A DNA stretch of 35,835 nucleotides from Dimorphilus gyrociliatus (lineage: Eukaryota; Animalia; Annelida). The notes under the pieces are model-generated. The model had not been told where the DNA came from and ran no database searches. It was given only the letters and a program-made list of their open reading frames with translations. Below are positions 35,396-35,835 of the stretch, one piece after another. Within the stretch, counting starts at the first letter, position 1. Every line of letters begins with the position of its first letter. Made by a program: the position numbers and the translations under genes. The stretch is from the NCBI GenBank assembly GCA_904063045.1, contig CAJFCJ010000116.1, forward strand, positions 1 to 35,835, in the 5' to 3' direction.

Positions 35396-35835
35396 ATATA
35401 AAAACGTAAGAAATCCGTGAAAGAATTAAAACTAGATGCAAGAGAAAGTGCGGCTATATAGTTTATAAAAAAAATCCTAATTCCATCATTATCTTTACTT
35501 CATGCTTTCATTCTCACTAATCTTTAATTGATCAAATAAAAGAAGCTTATACAGCTGGATTGAGATTAGTAGGAATGTAAATAGTCCAATGCAGTAAATA
35601 AATGATTTATGAATTAGACTAAAAACTATACAAAGTCATAACATTTTCTGGTGCATCTTTTACCTTACTACAACTTTCTAAAATTGCCTTCGCTAATTAT
35701 CTCTCAAGTGACAAGACTTTATCAATCTGAATAACTGGACAATAGTTCTACAGCTGGATTCTTTACAGATAAACAATTATTCATTTTCTTTAAAACTCTC
35801 TCACCGATATAATTATTTATACTGACTCTAGATTT

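Noticed and set aside
1-35835. CRISPR arrays, rRNA, prokaryotic operons or defence systems
   Set aside because: None seen. The DNA is intron-rich eukaryotic sequence with no regularly spaced repeats.

Overview
AT-rich eukaryotic (animal) DNA with many short GT-AG introns of about 55-75 nt. The gene content and compactness suggest a small-genome lophotrochozoan invertebrate (inference). The left 21.6 kb holds three paralogous GRL101/LGR-type receptors, one on the minus strand and two in tandem on the plus strand. They share an unusual ectodomain: signal peptide, several degenerate SRCR-like units, a C-type lectin-like domain, about six LDLa repeats and LRRs, followed by a class A 7TM. A secreted triple fucolectin/FTP-like protein lies between them. 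The two plus-strand receptors are a mosaic: about 99% identical over the LRR region and TM3 but strongly diverged elsewhere. The second lacks the TM2 Asp and NPxxY motifs. Both appear to splice into an extra, unannotated cytoplasmic domain. The right part contains an orphan DEG/ENaC first exon next to a Tc1 remnant, a ZYG11/ZER1-like LRR gene, a secreted FA58C (discoidin) gene, a decayed DD34E Tc1 element with a nested MITE, tRNA-Ile(AAT), a secreted Ig-domain gene and two copies of an unknown 232-bp repeat. All exon structures were assembled by eye and need transcript confirmation.
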